From NCBI GenBank assembly GCA_030431515.1, contig JAUIIX010000004.1, positions 47,810 to 111,809 of the forward strand: DNA of 64,000 nucleotides, written 5' to 3'. The notes below the pieces were generated by a model. The model searched no databases and was not told the origin of the DNA. It saw nothing but the letters and a program-made list of their open reading frames with translations. Source of the stretch: a bacterium. GTDB taxonomy: Bacteria > Bacteroidota > Ignavibacteria > Kapaibacteriales > UBA2268. The first letter of the stretch is position 1. Every line of letters begins with the position of its first letter. Below, in pieces: positions 1 through 10,876 of this stretch. The position numbers and the translations under genes were made by a program.

Positions 1-1487
1 TCTTTGAGGTTTTTTACACTTCCAAAGTTATGTAAATCTCTTAGTAAATCTAAATCAACATCAGAGATTAATATCATTTCAGCATTTGGTGTTGCTTCTG
101 TGTTCACACCATTATTTGGAAATTGGAAATCACAAGGAGTAAAAACTGCAGATTGTGCATATTGTATATCCATATTGTGTACTTTAGGAAGATTACCAAC
201 GCTACCTGCTATTGCTACGTAACATTCATTCTCTATTGCTCTTGCTTGAGCACAATGTCTAACTCTTGAGTATCCATTTTGAGTATCTGTTAAAAATGGT
301 ACGAATAAAATATCAATACCATCTTCAGCTAATAACCTACTTAATTCTGGAAATTCAACATCATAACAAATAAGTATTCCTATTTTACCACAATCAGTAT
401 CATAACTAACTAATTTCTTTCCGCCTACCATTCCCCAGACTTTATTTTCGTCAGGTGTTACATGGATTTTTTCGTATTGTTGAATATCACCATTTCTTTG
501 ACATAAATATCCAACATTATATAAGGTATCACTAACCATCTCAGGCATACTACCAGTGATTATATTGATATTATAAGAAATAGCAAGTTTAGCAAATTCT
601 TGAACTAAGGGTGCTGTATATTCAGCAAGTTTTCTGATTGCTTCTGCTTCACTAAGGTCATTGTATTTAGCCATAAGTGGTGCATTGAAAAATTCTGGAA
701 ATAAAGCGAAATCACTTTTGTAAGTACTAAGAGTATCAACAAAATATTCGGCTTGTTGCATTAATTCTTCAATATCTTTGTAATTTCTCATTTGCCATTG
801 AACTAATCCAAGACGTACAATTCTTTTTATGTCTTTTATACGCTTTGTAGGTTTTTCATAATAAATATTATCCCATTTTAATAGGATAGCAAATTCTTTT
901 GAATTTGCATCACCTTGTAGATAGTTTTTTAATACTCTTAATGGGTGAAAATCATTTGAAATTTGAAAACTTAATACAGGGTCATAGATTAATTTCATTT
1001 TAACTTTTTCTAAATACTCTTTTGGAGACATTTCATTCTCATATTTATGATAGTTTGGAATTCTACCACCAAATATAATTGCTTTTAAGTTTAATTTTTC
1101 ACATAGTTCTTTTCTATATTCATATAATCTTCTACCTAATCTTAATCCTCTATATTCTGGTTTGATAAATAATTCAATACCATATAGAGTTTCACCATTT
1201 TCAGAGTGAGTATTAAAAGTATAATTTCCCGTAATTTGCTTATATGTATGAAAGTCTTCAAATTTATCATAATCTATAATAATAGATAAAGCACAACCAG
1301 CGATAGCTCCATTAACTTTAACAATTACTTGACCTTCTGGAAATTTTTTTAGTAAAGTTTGTATTTGAAACTCTTTCCAATAACTATCAGGCATTGTGTT
1401 GTATGAAGTCTGCATTGCTAATTTTAACTCTTCATAATCGTGTTCAGTTAAAAATGCAAGTTCAATATTTTGAATTTCTTCTTCCAT
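1..1487 (-). CDS. bifunctional GNAT N-acetyltransferase / carbon-nitrogen hydrolase (nitrilase superfamily); 3' end runs off the window
   Basis: Absent from the ORF track because no stop lies inside the window. My own minus-strand translation from the ATG at 1487-1485 gives MEEEIQNIELAFLTEHDYEEL...GIELFIKPEYRGLRLGRRLYEYRKELCE (GNAT-like). This is followed by RIVRLGLVQWQM...ALFPEFF...YEKIHVTPDE...GILICYDVEFPE...ARAIENECYV, a nitrilase-type Glu/Lys/Cys context. The frame stays open to base 1. Confidence 0.8.
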   Translation of the reverse strand, partial: MEEEIQNIELAFLTEHDYEELKLAMQTSYNTMPDSYWKEFQIQTLLKKFPEGQVIVKVNGAIAGCALSIIIDYDKFEDFHTYKQITGNYTFNTHSENGETLYGIELFIKPEYRGLRLGRRLYEYRKELCEKLNLKAIIFGGRIPNYHKYENEMSPKEYLEKVKMKLIYDPVLSFQISNDFHPLRVLKNYLQGDANSKEFAILLKWDNIYYEKPTKRIKDIKRIVRLGLVQWQMRNYKDIEELMQQAEYFVDTLSTYKSDFALFPEFFNAPLMAKYNDLSEAEAIRKLAEYTAPLVQEFAKLAISYNINIITGSMPEMVSDTLYNVGYLCQRNGDIQQYEKIHVTPDENKVWGMVGGKKLVSYDTDCGKIGILICYDVEFPELSRLLAEDGIDILFVPFLTDTQNGYSRVRHCAQARAIENECYVAIAGSVGNLPKVHNMDIQYAQSAVFTPCDFQFPNNGVNTEATPNAEMILISDVDLDLLRDLHNFGSVKNLK

Positions 1488-1624
1488 TGTATTTTTTATT
1501 GTAATTTTAAAAAAACAAAAATAACTAAATTAGTATTCACATTATTATTATTTATTTTTTAACCAAAAAACAATTTATAAATAACTAACAAGTTTTATGT
1601 TTTATCGTATATAGTTTATAAAAT

Positions 1625-3514
1625 ATGGAGAAAATTATGCTTTTATTATTACTTTTTAATGTTATTTTTGCTGGGCAAGTTAAGATAAGTCCCGAAGTCG
1701 TTAATGTTCAGAGTCAGTTTAATATAGAATATGAAGCTGAAGATTATTTTATTGAACAAATAACAAACTCAACTCCATTTTTAACTTTATATCTATTTGA
1801 TAATAATCATTCTTTACCAAAAGCTATTGATATTCAAGGAGAAAAGATAGGTGATATATACAAGTATTATTTAAATATAGATACTCTTTATAATTTTGCA
1901 ATGTTTAAATTTTCAGATGGAATTTCTGATGATAACAATCATCAGGAATATTGGGATATTGTATTACATAAATATGATAAAGTGATTGAAGGTGGATATT
2001 TAAAAAAAGCATTGTCATATTTAGGGAGTTTCCCTCAAAATATTGATAGACTTCCTGATTTAAAAGTGGCAGAAACTTTTATTAAAAAAGAATTAGAATT
2101 ATATCCTGACAATATTGTTGCTCAAATTGCTTTAGTTCAAGTTCGCTTTGACCAAGGTTTTTTAAAAGAAGATGCTTACAAAGATGAATTAAAAGATATT
2201 TTAAATAAAAAAATTGATTTATCTTCAGAGCAGAATGTTAGGGCTGTTGCAAGAGGATTGAAAACAATTGGTGTTAATGAAAAAGCTGAAGAAATTGAAT
2301 TAGAATTTGGCAAGAAATACCCTAAAACTGAACTTGCTCACGAATTAATTATGGCTAAGTTAAGTGAAGCAGAAAATCTAAAATCTTTTGTTGATATTTG
2401 CGAGTTTCTAATTAAAAATTATGAAGATTCTCCACAAAAAGAGAAGTTAATGTTAGCTTTAGTTAATGCTTACCTTCAAAATGGAAATTATTTTGCTTTA
2501 AAAAAGAAACTTGAGGAGTTTGAATTTATTTATCCTTCTGTTTATTCTAAAATTGGTATGGAATTATCTGAATTAAATCAAACTCGCAATGGCTTATCAG
2601 GAATGGATTTAAAAAGAGAGGTTATTGCTAACTATAGAAAATCTATTACTTTGATTGACTCAATGGTTTCAGCAGAATCAACTTTAGGTCAGCCACGATA
2701 TTTCTCACGTTCAGAACAATTAAATTATAACACTTTACTATCCGGAACTTTAAGACAAGGTTTGGGAGAATTTTATTTAGAAATGAGAGATTTAGATAGT
2801 GCAGATTTCTTTTTAAGAAATGCAAAGATTATATTAAAAAATAATGCAGAAACTTCACTTTATTTGTCTTTAATTGAATTAAATAAATTGAATACTAATA
2901 CCAAGGAAGTCATAAATATTGCAGAAGAAGCAATATTAAATTCAAGTTATAATGATACTATTGTAAATTTATATAAATCTTTGAAAGATGAAAATACTTT
3001 AGATTCATTATTTAAAGTTGGACAAGATTTACGAATTTCAAAATTAAAGCAATATGAATTGAATTATAAAACTTTTTCAGGCTTATTCAAAACTACTCAA
3101 GATTTATATAAAGATATAGAATCTGACACAACTTATAAGATTGTTACTTTTTTCTCAACTTGGTGTGCTCCTTGTCAAGCAATGGTTCCTGCTTTAGAAA
3201 ATATAGAAGGAGTTATTTCGGATAGTAGTAAGTCAAAAGAAGTATCATTATATTCGATAAATGCTTGGGAAAATCCTGAACAAAGAAATCAATTAATTGC
3301 AGAATTTTTAGATGAATATAAACCTAAATATGATATTCTGATTGATGAGACATCAATAATACCACAAAAGTATGGCGTAACAGGACTTCCGGTTACATTG
3401 ATATTAGACAAGGATAGTAAAATCAAGTTTAAAATAGATGGATTTGACAATGAAGCAGATTATATAAAGAAATGTTTAGATAGAATAGAATATTTAAAAA
3501 TAAATAACAAATAG
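1625..3514 (+). CDS. secreted TPR-like protein with C-terminal thioredoxin-fold (TlpA/ResA-like thiol-disulfide oxidoreductase) domain
   Basis: Hydrophobic N-terminus and a long helical repeat region. C-terminal FFSTWCAPCQAMVPALE (CxxC) and GVTGLPVTLILD are typical of TlpA-like redoxins. The true start is probably the ATG at 1637, because the GGAG at 1627-1630 then sits 6 nt upstream. Confidence 0.7.
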   Translation: MEKIMLLLLLFNVIFAGQVKISPEVVNVQSQFNIEYEAEDYFIEQITNSTPFLTLYLFDNNHSLPKAIDIQGEKIGDIYKYYLNIDTLYNFAMFKFSDGISDDNNHQEYWDIVLHKYDKVIEGGYLKKALSYLGSFPQNIDRLPDLKVAETFIKKELELYPDNIVAQIALVQVRFDQGFLKEDAYKDELKDILNKKIDLSSEQNVRAVARGLKTIGVNEKAEEIELEFGKKYPKTELAHELIMAKLSEAENLKSFVDICEFLIKNYEDSPQKEKLMLALVNAYLQNGNYFALKKKLEEFEFIYPSVYSKIGMELSELNQTRNGLSGMDLKREVIANYRKSITLIDSMVSAESTLGQPRYFSRSEQLNYNTLLSGTLRQGLGEFYLEMRDLDSADFFLRNAKIILKNNAETSLYLSLIELNKLNTNTKEVINIAEEAILNSSYNDTIVNLYKSLKDENTLDSLFKVGQDLRISKLKQYELNYKTFSGLFKTTQDLYKDIESDTTYKIVTFFSTWCAPCQAMVPALENIEGVISDSSKSKEVSLYSINAWENPEQRNQLIAEFLDEYKPKYDILIDETSIIPQKYGVTGLPVTLILDKDSKIKFKIDGFDNEADYIKKCLDRIEYLKINNK

Positions 3515-3542
3515 TAGCGTCAATATCATAGTTCTTAAAATT

Positions 3543-3906
3543 GGGGATGATTTGGATTCGACTGAAAGTGGATGGTTGACGGTTGCATGCAGTGCTACGA
3601 ACCGTTTCGGCACTTAAATACACACGGTCTCAATAATAATCGCAAACGATAATTACGCTTTAGCTGCCTAATAACATTACGTAGCTCGTTGGTATAAAGG
3701 AAGCCGTCTCTCATTTCTTATATCGACGTCGCAAAAGGGAGACTTAGGAGTTAAGTAGCGATGGGCTTAAATCCGAAAATTACATTGCTGGCTTTGGATC
3801 GCTTGTTTTTTGGCTAAATTCAAAGTAAGATTTAAAAAATCAACTAAGCATGTAGTAGCTGCTTCTTGAGACTTTTAGGACGCGGGTTCGACCCCCGCCA
3901 TCTCCA
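3543..3906 (+). ncRNA. ssrA: tmRNA (transfer-messenger RNA)
   Basis: 5' GGGGATGATTTGGATTCGAC. 3' GGACGCGGGTTCGACCCCCGCCATCTCCA, a tRNA-like T-arm plus an acceptor stem complementary to the 5' end. Internal tag frame GCA AAC GAT AAT TAC GCT TTA GCT GCC TAA TAA at 3642-3674 encodes ANDNYALAA**. The track ORF 3429-3623 (-) overlapping it is spurious. Confidence 0.93.
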
Positions 3907-3924
3907 CTAAATACAGAATTTGCA

Positions 3925-3956
3925 AGCAGTTAAATAATATTTAACTGCTTTTTTTA
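3925..3956 (+). terminator. rho-independent terminator after ssrA
   Basis: Stem AGCAGTTAAAT / ATTTAACTGCT (3925-3935 with 3939-3949) followed by a T-run. Confidence 0.7.
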
Positions 3957-4050
3957 TAACACTCTAATTTTAGACTTTAGTTTAATCAACTAATAATGAT
4001 AATATTCCATATATTGTATAAAATAAAAAATATAACTTAACAAAATCCTA

Positions 4051-4108
4051 CCGTCTTTCTCGTCATTCTAAAAAACTAACCAGTCAGATTGAGCGAAGCG
4101 AAATATCC
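4051..4108 (-). repeat. copy of interspersed repeat family R2 (GATWYTTCGCTTCGCTN3-4ATGAC-type), reverse orientation
   Basis: 4083-4107 GTCAGATTGAGCGAAGCGAAATATC is the reverse complement of 39604-39628 with one mismatch. The extended match 4068-4107 versus 39604-39641 has about 2 differences. Related to the copies at 28532-28797. Confidence 0.55.
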
Positions 4109-4262
4109 AAAAAACAAAAAATTAATTAACATAAATTTGCCTTTACTTCATTTACAAGCTCATCTTGTTACAATAAAAAATTATTTATCCATAAAATCCA
4201 ACATAATTACAACTATTTCGTAGATACAACATATTTTAAAAATAATTAATATGTGAGATATA

Positions 4263-5132
4263 ATGAAATTAATTTTGACTCTACTTATGGTTTCAACTTT
4301 GTTTGCATGCACTAAAGAAGCAAGTAATGCTGAAGATCCAAAAATTGACAATTCTTCTTCAATCGCAAGTTTTGAATCAATCACTTCAATGCCTAAACCT
4401 ACAGTTGGTGAAGATAAATATAGTTATTTAATGGGTTATAATTATGTAAGTGAAGCAAAAAGAGATACTCTCTTTAATTTTAATTCTAAGTATTTTATTT
4501 TAGGGGCTTTACAAGCTTTAGATGAGAACAAAGCTTACTTTACTGACAAAGAATTAGAGGATATTACTATGGAGATGCGAAAATTTATGGAAGTAATAAC
4601 TCAACAACTCCAACAAAAAGAAATTGATGCTTTTAATAGACGTGGTGAAAAGTTTAAAAATATGCACGATCAATTTGTTAAAGATTACTTGAAGGACAAT
4701 CCGAATGCTAAAAAAACTCCATCTGGTGTTATTTATGAAAAATTGAATGACGGTATAGGACCTTTCCCAAGTGAAAAAGACTTTGTAAATATTTTAAGTA
4801 ATGGATACTTTATGGATGGTGAGCAATTCGACAATTCGCTTACTACTAAACAACCAAAACAATTTATGATGACTCAAGTTTTTCCTGGTCTAAGAGAAAT
4901 TATTGAAATGATGAATAAAGGATCAAGATATAAAGTTCTTATACCTTATGACAAGGCTTTCGGAGAAGAAGGAATCTCTCCTCAGTTCCCTCCTTATTCA
5001 ACTTTAATTATGGAAGTTGAGTTACAGAGTATTGATAAACTTCCTTCATCTGCTGGTGGTGTTAACATCCCTAAAGGTGTAAAAATTAAAGATGTTAGAC
5101 AAAAACGAGTAGCTGGTCCACCAAAAAGATGA
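4263..5132 (+). CDS. FKBP-type peptidyl-prolyl cis-trans isomerase, probable lipoprotein (FkpA/Mip-like)
   Basis: Signal peptide with probable lipobox LFAC. N-terminal helical dimerisation-type region. C-terminal FKBP domain: SGVIYEKL..G.G..P...D.V...Y.G.FMDGEQFDNS...VFPGLREIIEMMNKGSRYKVLIPYDKAFGEEG..P.FPPYSTLIMEVELQSI. Confidence 0.85.
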   Translation: MKLILTLLMVSTLFACTKEASNAEDPKIDNSSSIASFESITSMPKPTVGEDKYSYLMGYNYVSEAKRDTLFNFNSKYFILGALQALDENKAYFTDKELEDITMEMRKFMEVITQQLQQKEIDAFNRRGEKFKNMHDQFVKDYLKDNPNAKKTPSGVIYEKLNDGIGPFPSEKDFVNILSNGYFMDGEQFDNSLTTKQPKQFMMTQVFPGLREIIEMMNKGSRYKVLIPYDKAFGEEGISPQFPPYSTLIMEVELQSIDKLPSSAGGVNIPKGVKIKDVRQKRVAGPPKR

Positions 5133-5680
5133 TTTTAATATTTTTAATATTATTTAATTTTAACTTACAAGCCAAGTCGAATAATCAACTTGGCTTAAGT
5201 TTTTCTACTGTTTCGGGCACTGGAATAAACTTTAACCATAGTATAAACTCTAAGGTAAATCTCGAACTATCTACTTTCTATATGTATTTAGGTGAAAATC
5301 CACCAAGTGTTTACGACACTTACTTTAATATAGGCGGTGAATTTCAATATAATGTTTATAAAAATAATGGAAAAAGATTGTATCTCACTTTGGCAAGTTC
5401 ATATTGGGATGTAAACCAACATTATGTAAAAGAAATACCATCAGTTAATGGTTCGCCAAATGAAAAAGATACTGTAAATAATTTCAATATTGTAAATTAT
5501 GGACTTGGAATAGGAAATGAATTTGAAATTAATAGAGAATTTTCCTTTTCAATTTCTTTGCTTTATCAATTTCAAAGTTCTCAAATAAGTAATTTAAGCG
5601 AATTTATAGATAGAAAGCCAAAATCCAATTCCTTTTCTGGAATTGGATTTGGTCTTTCTTTCAGATATAGATTTAGATAG
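5129..5680 (+). CDS. small outer-membrane beta-barrel protein (hypothetical)
   Basis: Signal peptide, alternating-hydrophobic strands, aromatic C-terminus ...GLSFRYRFR. The start overlaps the FKBP stop (ATGA). Confidence 0.5.
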   Translation: MILIFLILFNFNLQAKSNNQLGLSFSTVSGTGINFNHSINSKVNLELSTFYMYLGENPPSVYDTYFNIGGEFQYNVYKNNGKRLYLTLASSYWDVNQHYVKEIPSVNGSPNEKDTVNNFNIVNYGLGIGNEFEINREFSFSISLLYQFQSSQISNLSEFIDRKPKSNSFSGIGFGLSFRYRFR

Positions 5681-5694
5681 GTGTAAAAATTTAG

Positions 5695-8343
5695 TTAATA
5701 AACTAAATAAGGTCCAAGCCATCTTTCAATTACTTCAATACTCATTCCCTTACGTTCTGCATAATCTACAACTTGGTCTTTGTTAATATGACCAATTGTA
5801 AAATATCTAGCATCTGGATGTGAGAAATATAATCCAGAAACCGAAGCAGGTGGGTTCATCATAAATGATTCAGTTAATTCGCAACCAGTATTATTAGCAG
5901 CATCAAGCATTTTAAATAAACTTTCTTTTTCAGTATGGTCAGTCAAAGATGGATATCCATGTGCAGGTCTAATTCCTTGATATTGCTCTGAGATCATTTC
6001 TCTTACAGTTAGATTCTCATCAGGAGAATATCCCCAAATTTCTTTTCTAACTTTTTCGTGAAGTATCTCAGCAAATGCTTCTGCTAATCTATCTGTAACT
6101 ATTTTCAGCATTATTGCATTATAATCATCATTATTCTTTTTGTAATTATCTTCAATTTCTTTAGCACCAATACCAGAAGTAACTGCAAATCCACCAATAT
6201 AATCATGTCCAAATTCTTTAGGTGCAACATAATCAGCTATAGCTAAATTAGGCAACTCCCCTTTTCGTTTAATTTGTTGTCTTAAAGTATGGAATTTATA
6301 TGTTTCATTCCCTTCTTCATCATACACTTGAATAGAATCGCCAACAGAATTTGCAGGAAATATTCCAACTACACCATTAGAAATCACTTTATTTTCTTTT
6401 ATTATCCAATCAATGACATCATTTGCATCATTGAATAATTTTGTGGCTTCTTCGCCAAAATCTTTATGAGTTAATATTTCTGGGTATCTACCCTTCAATT
6501 CCCAAGTTAAGAAGAATTGAGTCCAATCAATATATTCTCTCAATTCACTCACAGAAAAATTCTTAAATACTTTTAAACCAATGAAATTTGGTTTTTTAAT
6601 ATTAAAATCTAAATTAGGTTTGTTCTTTCTCGCATCTTCTAAACTTAATAATTCTTTTTCTTGCATTTTTCTTAAATGAGCATCTTTAATACGATTGTAT
6701 TCTTCTTTTATCTCATTAGCTAATTTAGCTCTATCACCTGATAGCAAGGTCTGAACTATTGGAACAGATTTACTAGCATCTAAAACGTGAATAACTTCTT
6801 TGCTATAATTTTGAGAAATCTTAACTGCAGTATGAATCTTAGAAGTAGTTGCTCCTCCAATCAGTAAAGGAACTTCAAATCCAAAATGCTCCATTTCTTT
6901 AGCTACGTGAACCATCTCATCTAAAGAAGGAGTAATTAGCCCACTAAGTCCTATAATATCAACATTCTCTTTTTTAGCAGTTTCAAGTATTTTATTTGAT
7001 GGAACCATTACACCTAAGTCAATAACTTCAAAGTTATTACATTGCAATACAACTCCAACTATATTCTTTCCAATATCATGAACATCACCTTTTACAGTTG
7101 CAAGCAAGACTTTACCTTTTGGTTTAGATACTTTACCTTTTTTAGCTTCTTCAATAAAAGGAATAAGGTATGCAACAGATTTTTTCATTACCCTTGCAGA
7201 TTTAACTACTTGAGGTAAAAACATTTTGCCCGAACCGAACAAATCCCCTACTATATTCATTCCGTCCATCAAAGGACCTTCAATAACTTCAATTGGTTCA
7301 GGATATTTTTGACGTGCTTCTTCAGTATCTTCAATTATGTAATCAACAATTCCTTTAACTAAAGCGTGTTCTAATCTTTTCTCAACTGGCAATTTTCTCC
7401 ATTCTTCAGTTTTTTCTTGAATTTTGCCAGATGATTTATAAGTTTCAGCAAAATCAACTAATTTTTCAGTTGCATCCTCATGTCGATTAAAAATTACATC
7501 TTCAACAATATCAAGTAAATCTTTGGGAATATCTTCATAAACATCTAATTGCCCAGCATTTACTATCCCCATATCTAAGCCATCTTTAATAGCATGATAT
7601 AGAAATACAGTGTGCATTGCTTTTCTTATTGGTTCATTACCTCTAAATGAGAAAGAAATATTAGAAACACCACCCGATACTTTAGCGTGTGGTAAATTTT
7701 CTTTTATCCACTTACATGCTTTAATAAAATCAATAGCATAATTATTATGTTCTTCAATTCCAGTTGCAATAGTTAATATGTTCGGGTCAAAAATAATATC
7801 ATAAGGATTGAAATGAACTTTATTAACTAAAATATCATACGCTCTTTTGCAAATTTCAATTTTTCTTTCAAAACTATCTGCTTGCCCAGTTTCATCAAAA
7901 GCCATTACAACAACAGCAGCACCATATTCTTTAATTTTTTTAGCTTGATAAACAAAAGATTCTTCACCTTCTTTCAAAGATATTGAATTAACAATTCCTT
8001 TACCTTGAATACATTTTAAGCCAGCTTCAAGTACTTCCCATTTTGAAGAATCAATCATAATTGGAACTTTAGAAATATCTGGTTCAGAAGCAATTAAGTT
8101 TAAAAACTTAACCATAGCTTTTTTACCATCAAGCATTCCCTCATCCATATTAATATCAATTATTTGAGCACCATTTTCTACTTGCTGTTTTGCAACAGCG
8201 AGAGCTTCTTCATATTTATCTTCCATTATTAGATTTTTAAATGCTTTCGACCCTGCAACATTAGTTCTTTCACCAATATTTACAAAATTAGTGTTTTCAT
8301 TAATAATCAAGGGTTCTAAACCCGACAAATACATAAATGACAT
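5695..8343 (-). CDS. metH: cobalamin-dependent methionine synthase carrying the pterin-binding, B12-binding and AdoMet-reactivation modules but no homocysteine-binding module
   Basis: Collinear from the first residues with E. coli MetH from about residue 340 onward (recalled from memory): [38 protein letters not shown]12 motif [33 protein letters not shown]-terminal QGIRPA.GYP...DHTEK. Confidence 0.93.
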   Translation of the reverse strand: MSFMYLSGLEPLIINENTNFVNIGERTNVAGSKAFKNLIMEDKYEEALAVAKQQVENGAQIIDINMDEGMLDGKKAMVKFLNLIASEPDISKVPIMIDSSKWEVLEAGLKCIQGKGIVNSISLKEGEESFVYQAKKIKEYGAAVVVMAFDETGQADSFERKIEICKRAYDILVNKVHFNPYDIIFDPNILTIATGIEEHNNYAIDFIKACKWIKENLPHAKVSGGVSNISFSFRGNEPIRKAMHTVFLYHAIKDGLDMGIVNAGQLDVYEDIPKDLLDIVEDVIFNRHEDATEKLVDFAETYKSSGKIQEKTEEWRKLPVEKRLEHALVKGIVDYIIEDTEEARQKYPEPIEVIEGPLMDGMNIVGDLFGSGKMFLPQVVKSARVMKKSVAYLIPFIEEAKKGKVSKPKGKVLLATVKGDVHDIGKNIVGVVLQCNNFEVIDLGVMVPSNKILETAKKENVDIIGLSGLITPSLDEMVHVAKEMEHFGFEVPLLIGGATTSKIHTAVKISQNYSKEVIHVLDASKSVPIVQTLLSGDRAKLANEIKEEYNRIKDAHLRKMQEKELLSLEDARKNKPNLDFNIKKPNFIGLKVFKNFSVSELREYIDWTQFFLTWELKGRYPEILTHKDFGEEATKLFNDANDVIDWIIKENKVISNGVVGIFPANSVGDSIQVYDEEGNETYKFHTLRQQIKRKGELPNLAIADYVAPKEFGHDYIGGFAVTSGIGAKEIEDNYKKNNDDYNAIMLKIVTDRLAEAFAEILHEKVRKEIWGYSPDENLTVREMISEQYQGIRPAHGYPSLTDHTEKESLFKMLDAANNTGCELTESFMMNPPASVSGLYFSHPDARYFTIGHINKDQVVDYAERKGMSIEVIERWLGPYLVY

Positions 8344-8534
8344 AAGATTTCTTTCTAATTAATAAATTTTACAAATTTAAGAAAATAAAGGGGATTTTAC
8401 TAAAAAATTAGAGCAAATATGATTTTTCATTACTTGTATAAAAATGATAATTTTTAAAAATAATTTAAACTTAATGAAACTATTTAATAGTCTTATGCGT
8501 TTACTAATTAAAGAACAAATTATTGGAGAACACA

Positions 8535-9422
8535 ATGAAAAAATATTTATACTTACTTTTGCCTTTATTGGCAATGGCTTGTTCTACTACAAGTACTAAT
8601 AACTCATACTATGGTTATGACAATAATCCATCTGTAAGAGATGATGATGATTTTGAAGATGCTAACTGGAGTAATCCAATGGCAACTAATAATAATACAT
8701 CAAATGTAGATAGAAATAATAATATTGATAATTCACAATATAGTGGTCCAGTTTATGTTCCAGTAATTGTTCCTTGGTGGAATAGTTACCATGGGTGGGG
8801 TTCTGATTACAGAAGAAGAAGAGGAGTCTATGTTCATTATTCAAATTATTGGGGACCAGAATGGTATTCACCTTGGTATTCTTACCATCCTTATCATGGT
8901 GTAACTTGGTATGACTACTGGTATGTTAGACCTCATTACAGACATTGGCATAGTCAACCAGTTTATTCTTATAGTGATAGACCGATAAGAAGAACTCAAG
9001 GTCGTACTTATGGTAGCTCTCGTGGAACTTACTCTGTTTATAATCCTCGAGGAACTAATAGTAGTAGCAGAAGTAGCAACAGGACTTATAATCCTCGTTC
9101 TGAGAGATATACTTCAAGTGGTACTAATATATATCGTAGAGGTGAAGAAAATAATTCAAGATCAACTAATGTAAGAAGAACATCTGGTAGTAGTCGTTCT
9201 AACTCTTATTCTACTCCATCAAATTCATCAAGATCTAGAAGTACAACTAATTCTTCTGGCTCTTCAAGAGGGAACACGAATACAAGGCAGACACCTTCTA
9301 AATCATCTGGACCAAGTGCTCAGCCAAGTAATAGTGGTAATTCTAAAAGCAGTGGAACAAGAAGTAGTGGTAGTTCAAGAGGTGGTTCATCTCGTTCATC
9401 AGGTAGTTCAAGAGGTAAATAA
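8535..9422 (+). CDS. lipoprotein with W/Y/H/R-rich core and long Ser/Arg/Asn-rich low-complexity tail (no recognised family)
   Basis: The track ORF starts at TTG 8523. The ATG at 8535 is preferred because the GGAG at 8525-8528 lies 6 nt upstream. Probable lipobox LLAMAC. See the finding at 8535-11566. Confidence 0.55.
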   Translation: MKKYLYLLLPLLAMACSTTSTNNSYYGYDNNPSVRDDDDFEDANWSNPMATNNNTSNVDRNNNIDNSQYSGPVYVPVIVPWWNSYHGWGSDYRRRRGVYVHYSNYWGPEWYSPWYSYHPYHGVTWYDYWYVRPHYRHWHSQPVYSYSDRPIRRTQGRTYGSSRGTYSVYNPRGTNSSSRSSNRTYNPRSERYTSSGTNIYRRGEENNSRSTNVRRTSGSSRSNSYSTPSNSSRSRSTTNSSGSSRGNTNTRQTPSKSSGPSAQPSNSGNSKSSGTRSSGSSRGGSSRSSGSSRGK

Positions 9423-10852
9423 TGAAAAAAAGTATTTTAATTTTAATAGTATTAACTTCAGCAATGTCATTGTATTCTCAGACATTAGAAGACGGACTAA
9501 GATTAACTCGTAAAGAAAATGGTGCTTCTGCCCGAAGTAATGCATTAGGTTTATCTTATCAAGGTATAAACGACGATGGAGCAGCATTGTATTTTAATCC
9601 GGCTGGTTTATTTTTAATTCCTACTTCTGAAATACAAATGGGAGTAAATGTAAAATACATTAAATCTTACATTGACTATCTTGGTAATGATTTCACAAAT
9701 GATAGGTCAAATCAAAATTTATCAAATTTTACATTCGTTGCTCCACTTGGAGATGATGAAAATAGAATGACTTTTGCTATTGGCTATTTTAGAGATTTTA
9801 ATTACGATGATCAATTAAACTTTTCTGCATTTAATCAGAATGGTTCATTTATTAGAAATCAATCAGATAATGGTAATTATCTTGTCTCGGACTTAGGTTT
9901 AGCACCTTATGATTCACCTGGACTAAGCCCAATTACTAATTCTTTAAAACAAAACTATTCTTTAAAATTAGAAGGAGCAAATTCTAAATTTTCAATGGGC
10001 TTAGCATTATCATTAGGGAAAAAAGCTGCATTAGGTTTTAGTTATAGTTTGCATACTGCAGATTACTCTAATTATAGAAAATTAGACGAAATTGATGTAC
10101 ATAATAAGTATAATTTTAACGATAGTGAAAACTTTACAGATGTTGATTTCAATTATTTGAATAGTGATGTAAAATTTTCACAAAATATTACAGGACATAC
10201 TGGAACTGTTGGTTTTATGTTAACACCAACTGAAAATTCTAGAGCATTTATATCTGTTGATTTACCAACTTTCTATATGTTTGAAGATACATATAAAGAA
10301 GAATATTATGTTAATTTTGATAATAATGAAAATTCTTCATTGACTAATAATGGTAAAATATCTTATAATGTCGCTACACCTTTCAGATTTAATTTCGGTG
10401 CTTCTTACAATATAATTGGAATTACAGTTTCAGGAGCGATGTCATATATGGATATGACAAATCTAAAGTTTTCTGAACCAAGAAATAGTCAAGTAGTAAC
10501 TGGAGATAGAGATTTCTTTGATAATATAAATCAGACAATAGATGAAAGGTTAGCTTCTGCAAAAATTGATTGGGGAATCGGAGCTGAGTATAAATTCCCA
10601 CTTTATCCTGTGTTTTTACGTGCTTCATATTCTTCTAAAAATACACCTTATAGAGAAGGTTTTAGAGATTTATCAACAATAAAAACATTAGCAGTTGGAG
10701 CAGGATTTTTAGTTTCTGATAAAATTATGCTTGATGCTTCATTATCAAACAGCAAATTTGATGAAACTTATTTCGCTTATTCTAATCAAGCATATTTCAT
10801 AGATAGAAATAATACGAATGTATTTATTGGTTTTTCTTATAGATTTAATTAA
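9422..10852 (+). CDS. outer-membrane beta-barrel of the FadL/TodX/PorV-like transport superfamily
   Basis: Signal peptide. N-terminal GASARSNALGLSYQGINDDGAALYFNPAGL matches the G.GARa.aMGGA....DDasAiyyNPAGL hatch motif of this superfamily. C-terminal FIGFSYRFN. The start overlaps the upstream stop (TAATG). Confidence 0.65.
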   Translation: MKKSILILIVLTSAMSLYSQTLEDGLRLTRKENGASARSNALGLSYQGINDDGAALYFNPAGLFLIPTSEIQMGVNVKYIKSYIDYLGNDFTNDRSNQNLSNFTFVAPLGDDENRMTFAIGYFRDFNYDDQLNFSAFNQNGSFIRNQSDNGNYLVSDLGLAPYDSPGLSPITNSLKQNYSLKLEGANSKFSMGLALSLGKKAALGFSYSLHTADYSNYRKLDEIDVHNKYNFNDSENFTDVDFNYLNSDVKFSQNITGHTGTVGFMLTPTENSRAFISVDLPTFYMFEDTYKEEYYVNFDNNENSSLTNNGKISYNVATPFRFNFGASYNIIGITVSGAMSYMDMTNLKFSEPRNSQVVTGDRDFFDNINQTIDERLASAKIDWGIGAEYKFPLYPVFLRASYSSKNTPYREGFRDLSTIKTLAVGAGFLVSDKIMLDASLSNSKFDETYFAYSNQAYFIDRNNTNVFIGFSYRFN

Positions 10853-10876
10853 TTTTGTTAAAATCTAAGGGCAAAA

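Noticed and set aside
4-222. 72-aa plus-strand ORF from the track at the window start
   Set aside because: It lies antisense inside the clearly coding minus-strand GNAT/nitrilase gene (1-1487). It has no recognisable motif and is an artefact of the edge-truncated real gene being missing from the track.
3429-3623. 64-aa minus-strand ORF
   Set aside because: It overlaps the 5' third of the tmRNA gene and the end of the thioredoxin-fold gene. The tmRNA explains the sequence.
3543-4262. tmRNA 3' end as an integration site for a genomic island or prophage
   Set aside because: No integrase follows. I could not find a second copy of the ssrA 3' end (GGTTCGACCCCCGCCATCTCC) anywhere in the window. 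The downstream genes (FKBP, metH) are ordinary chromosomal genes.
8344-8534. Possible cobalamin or SAM riboswitch in the metH leader
   Set aside because: The region is extremely AT-rich, with no conserved B12-box or SAM-riboswitch-like core and no convincing helices.
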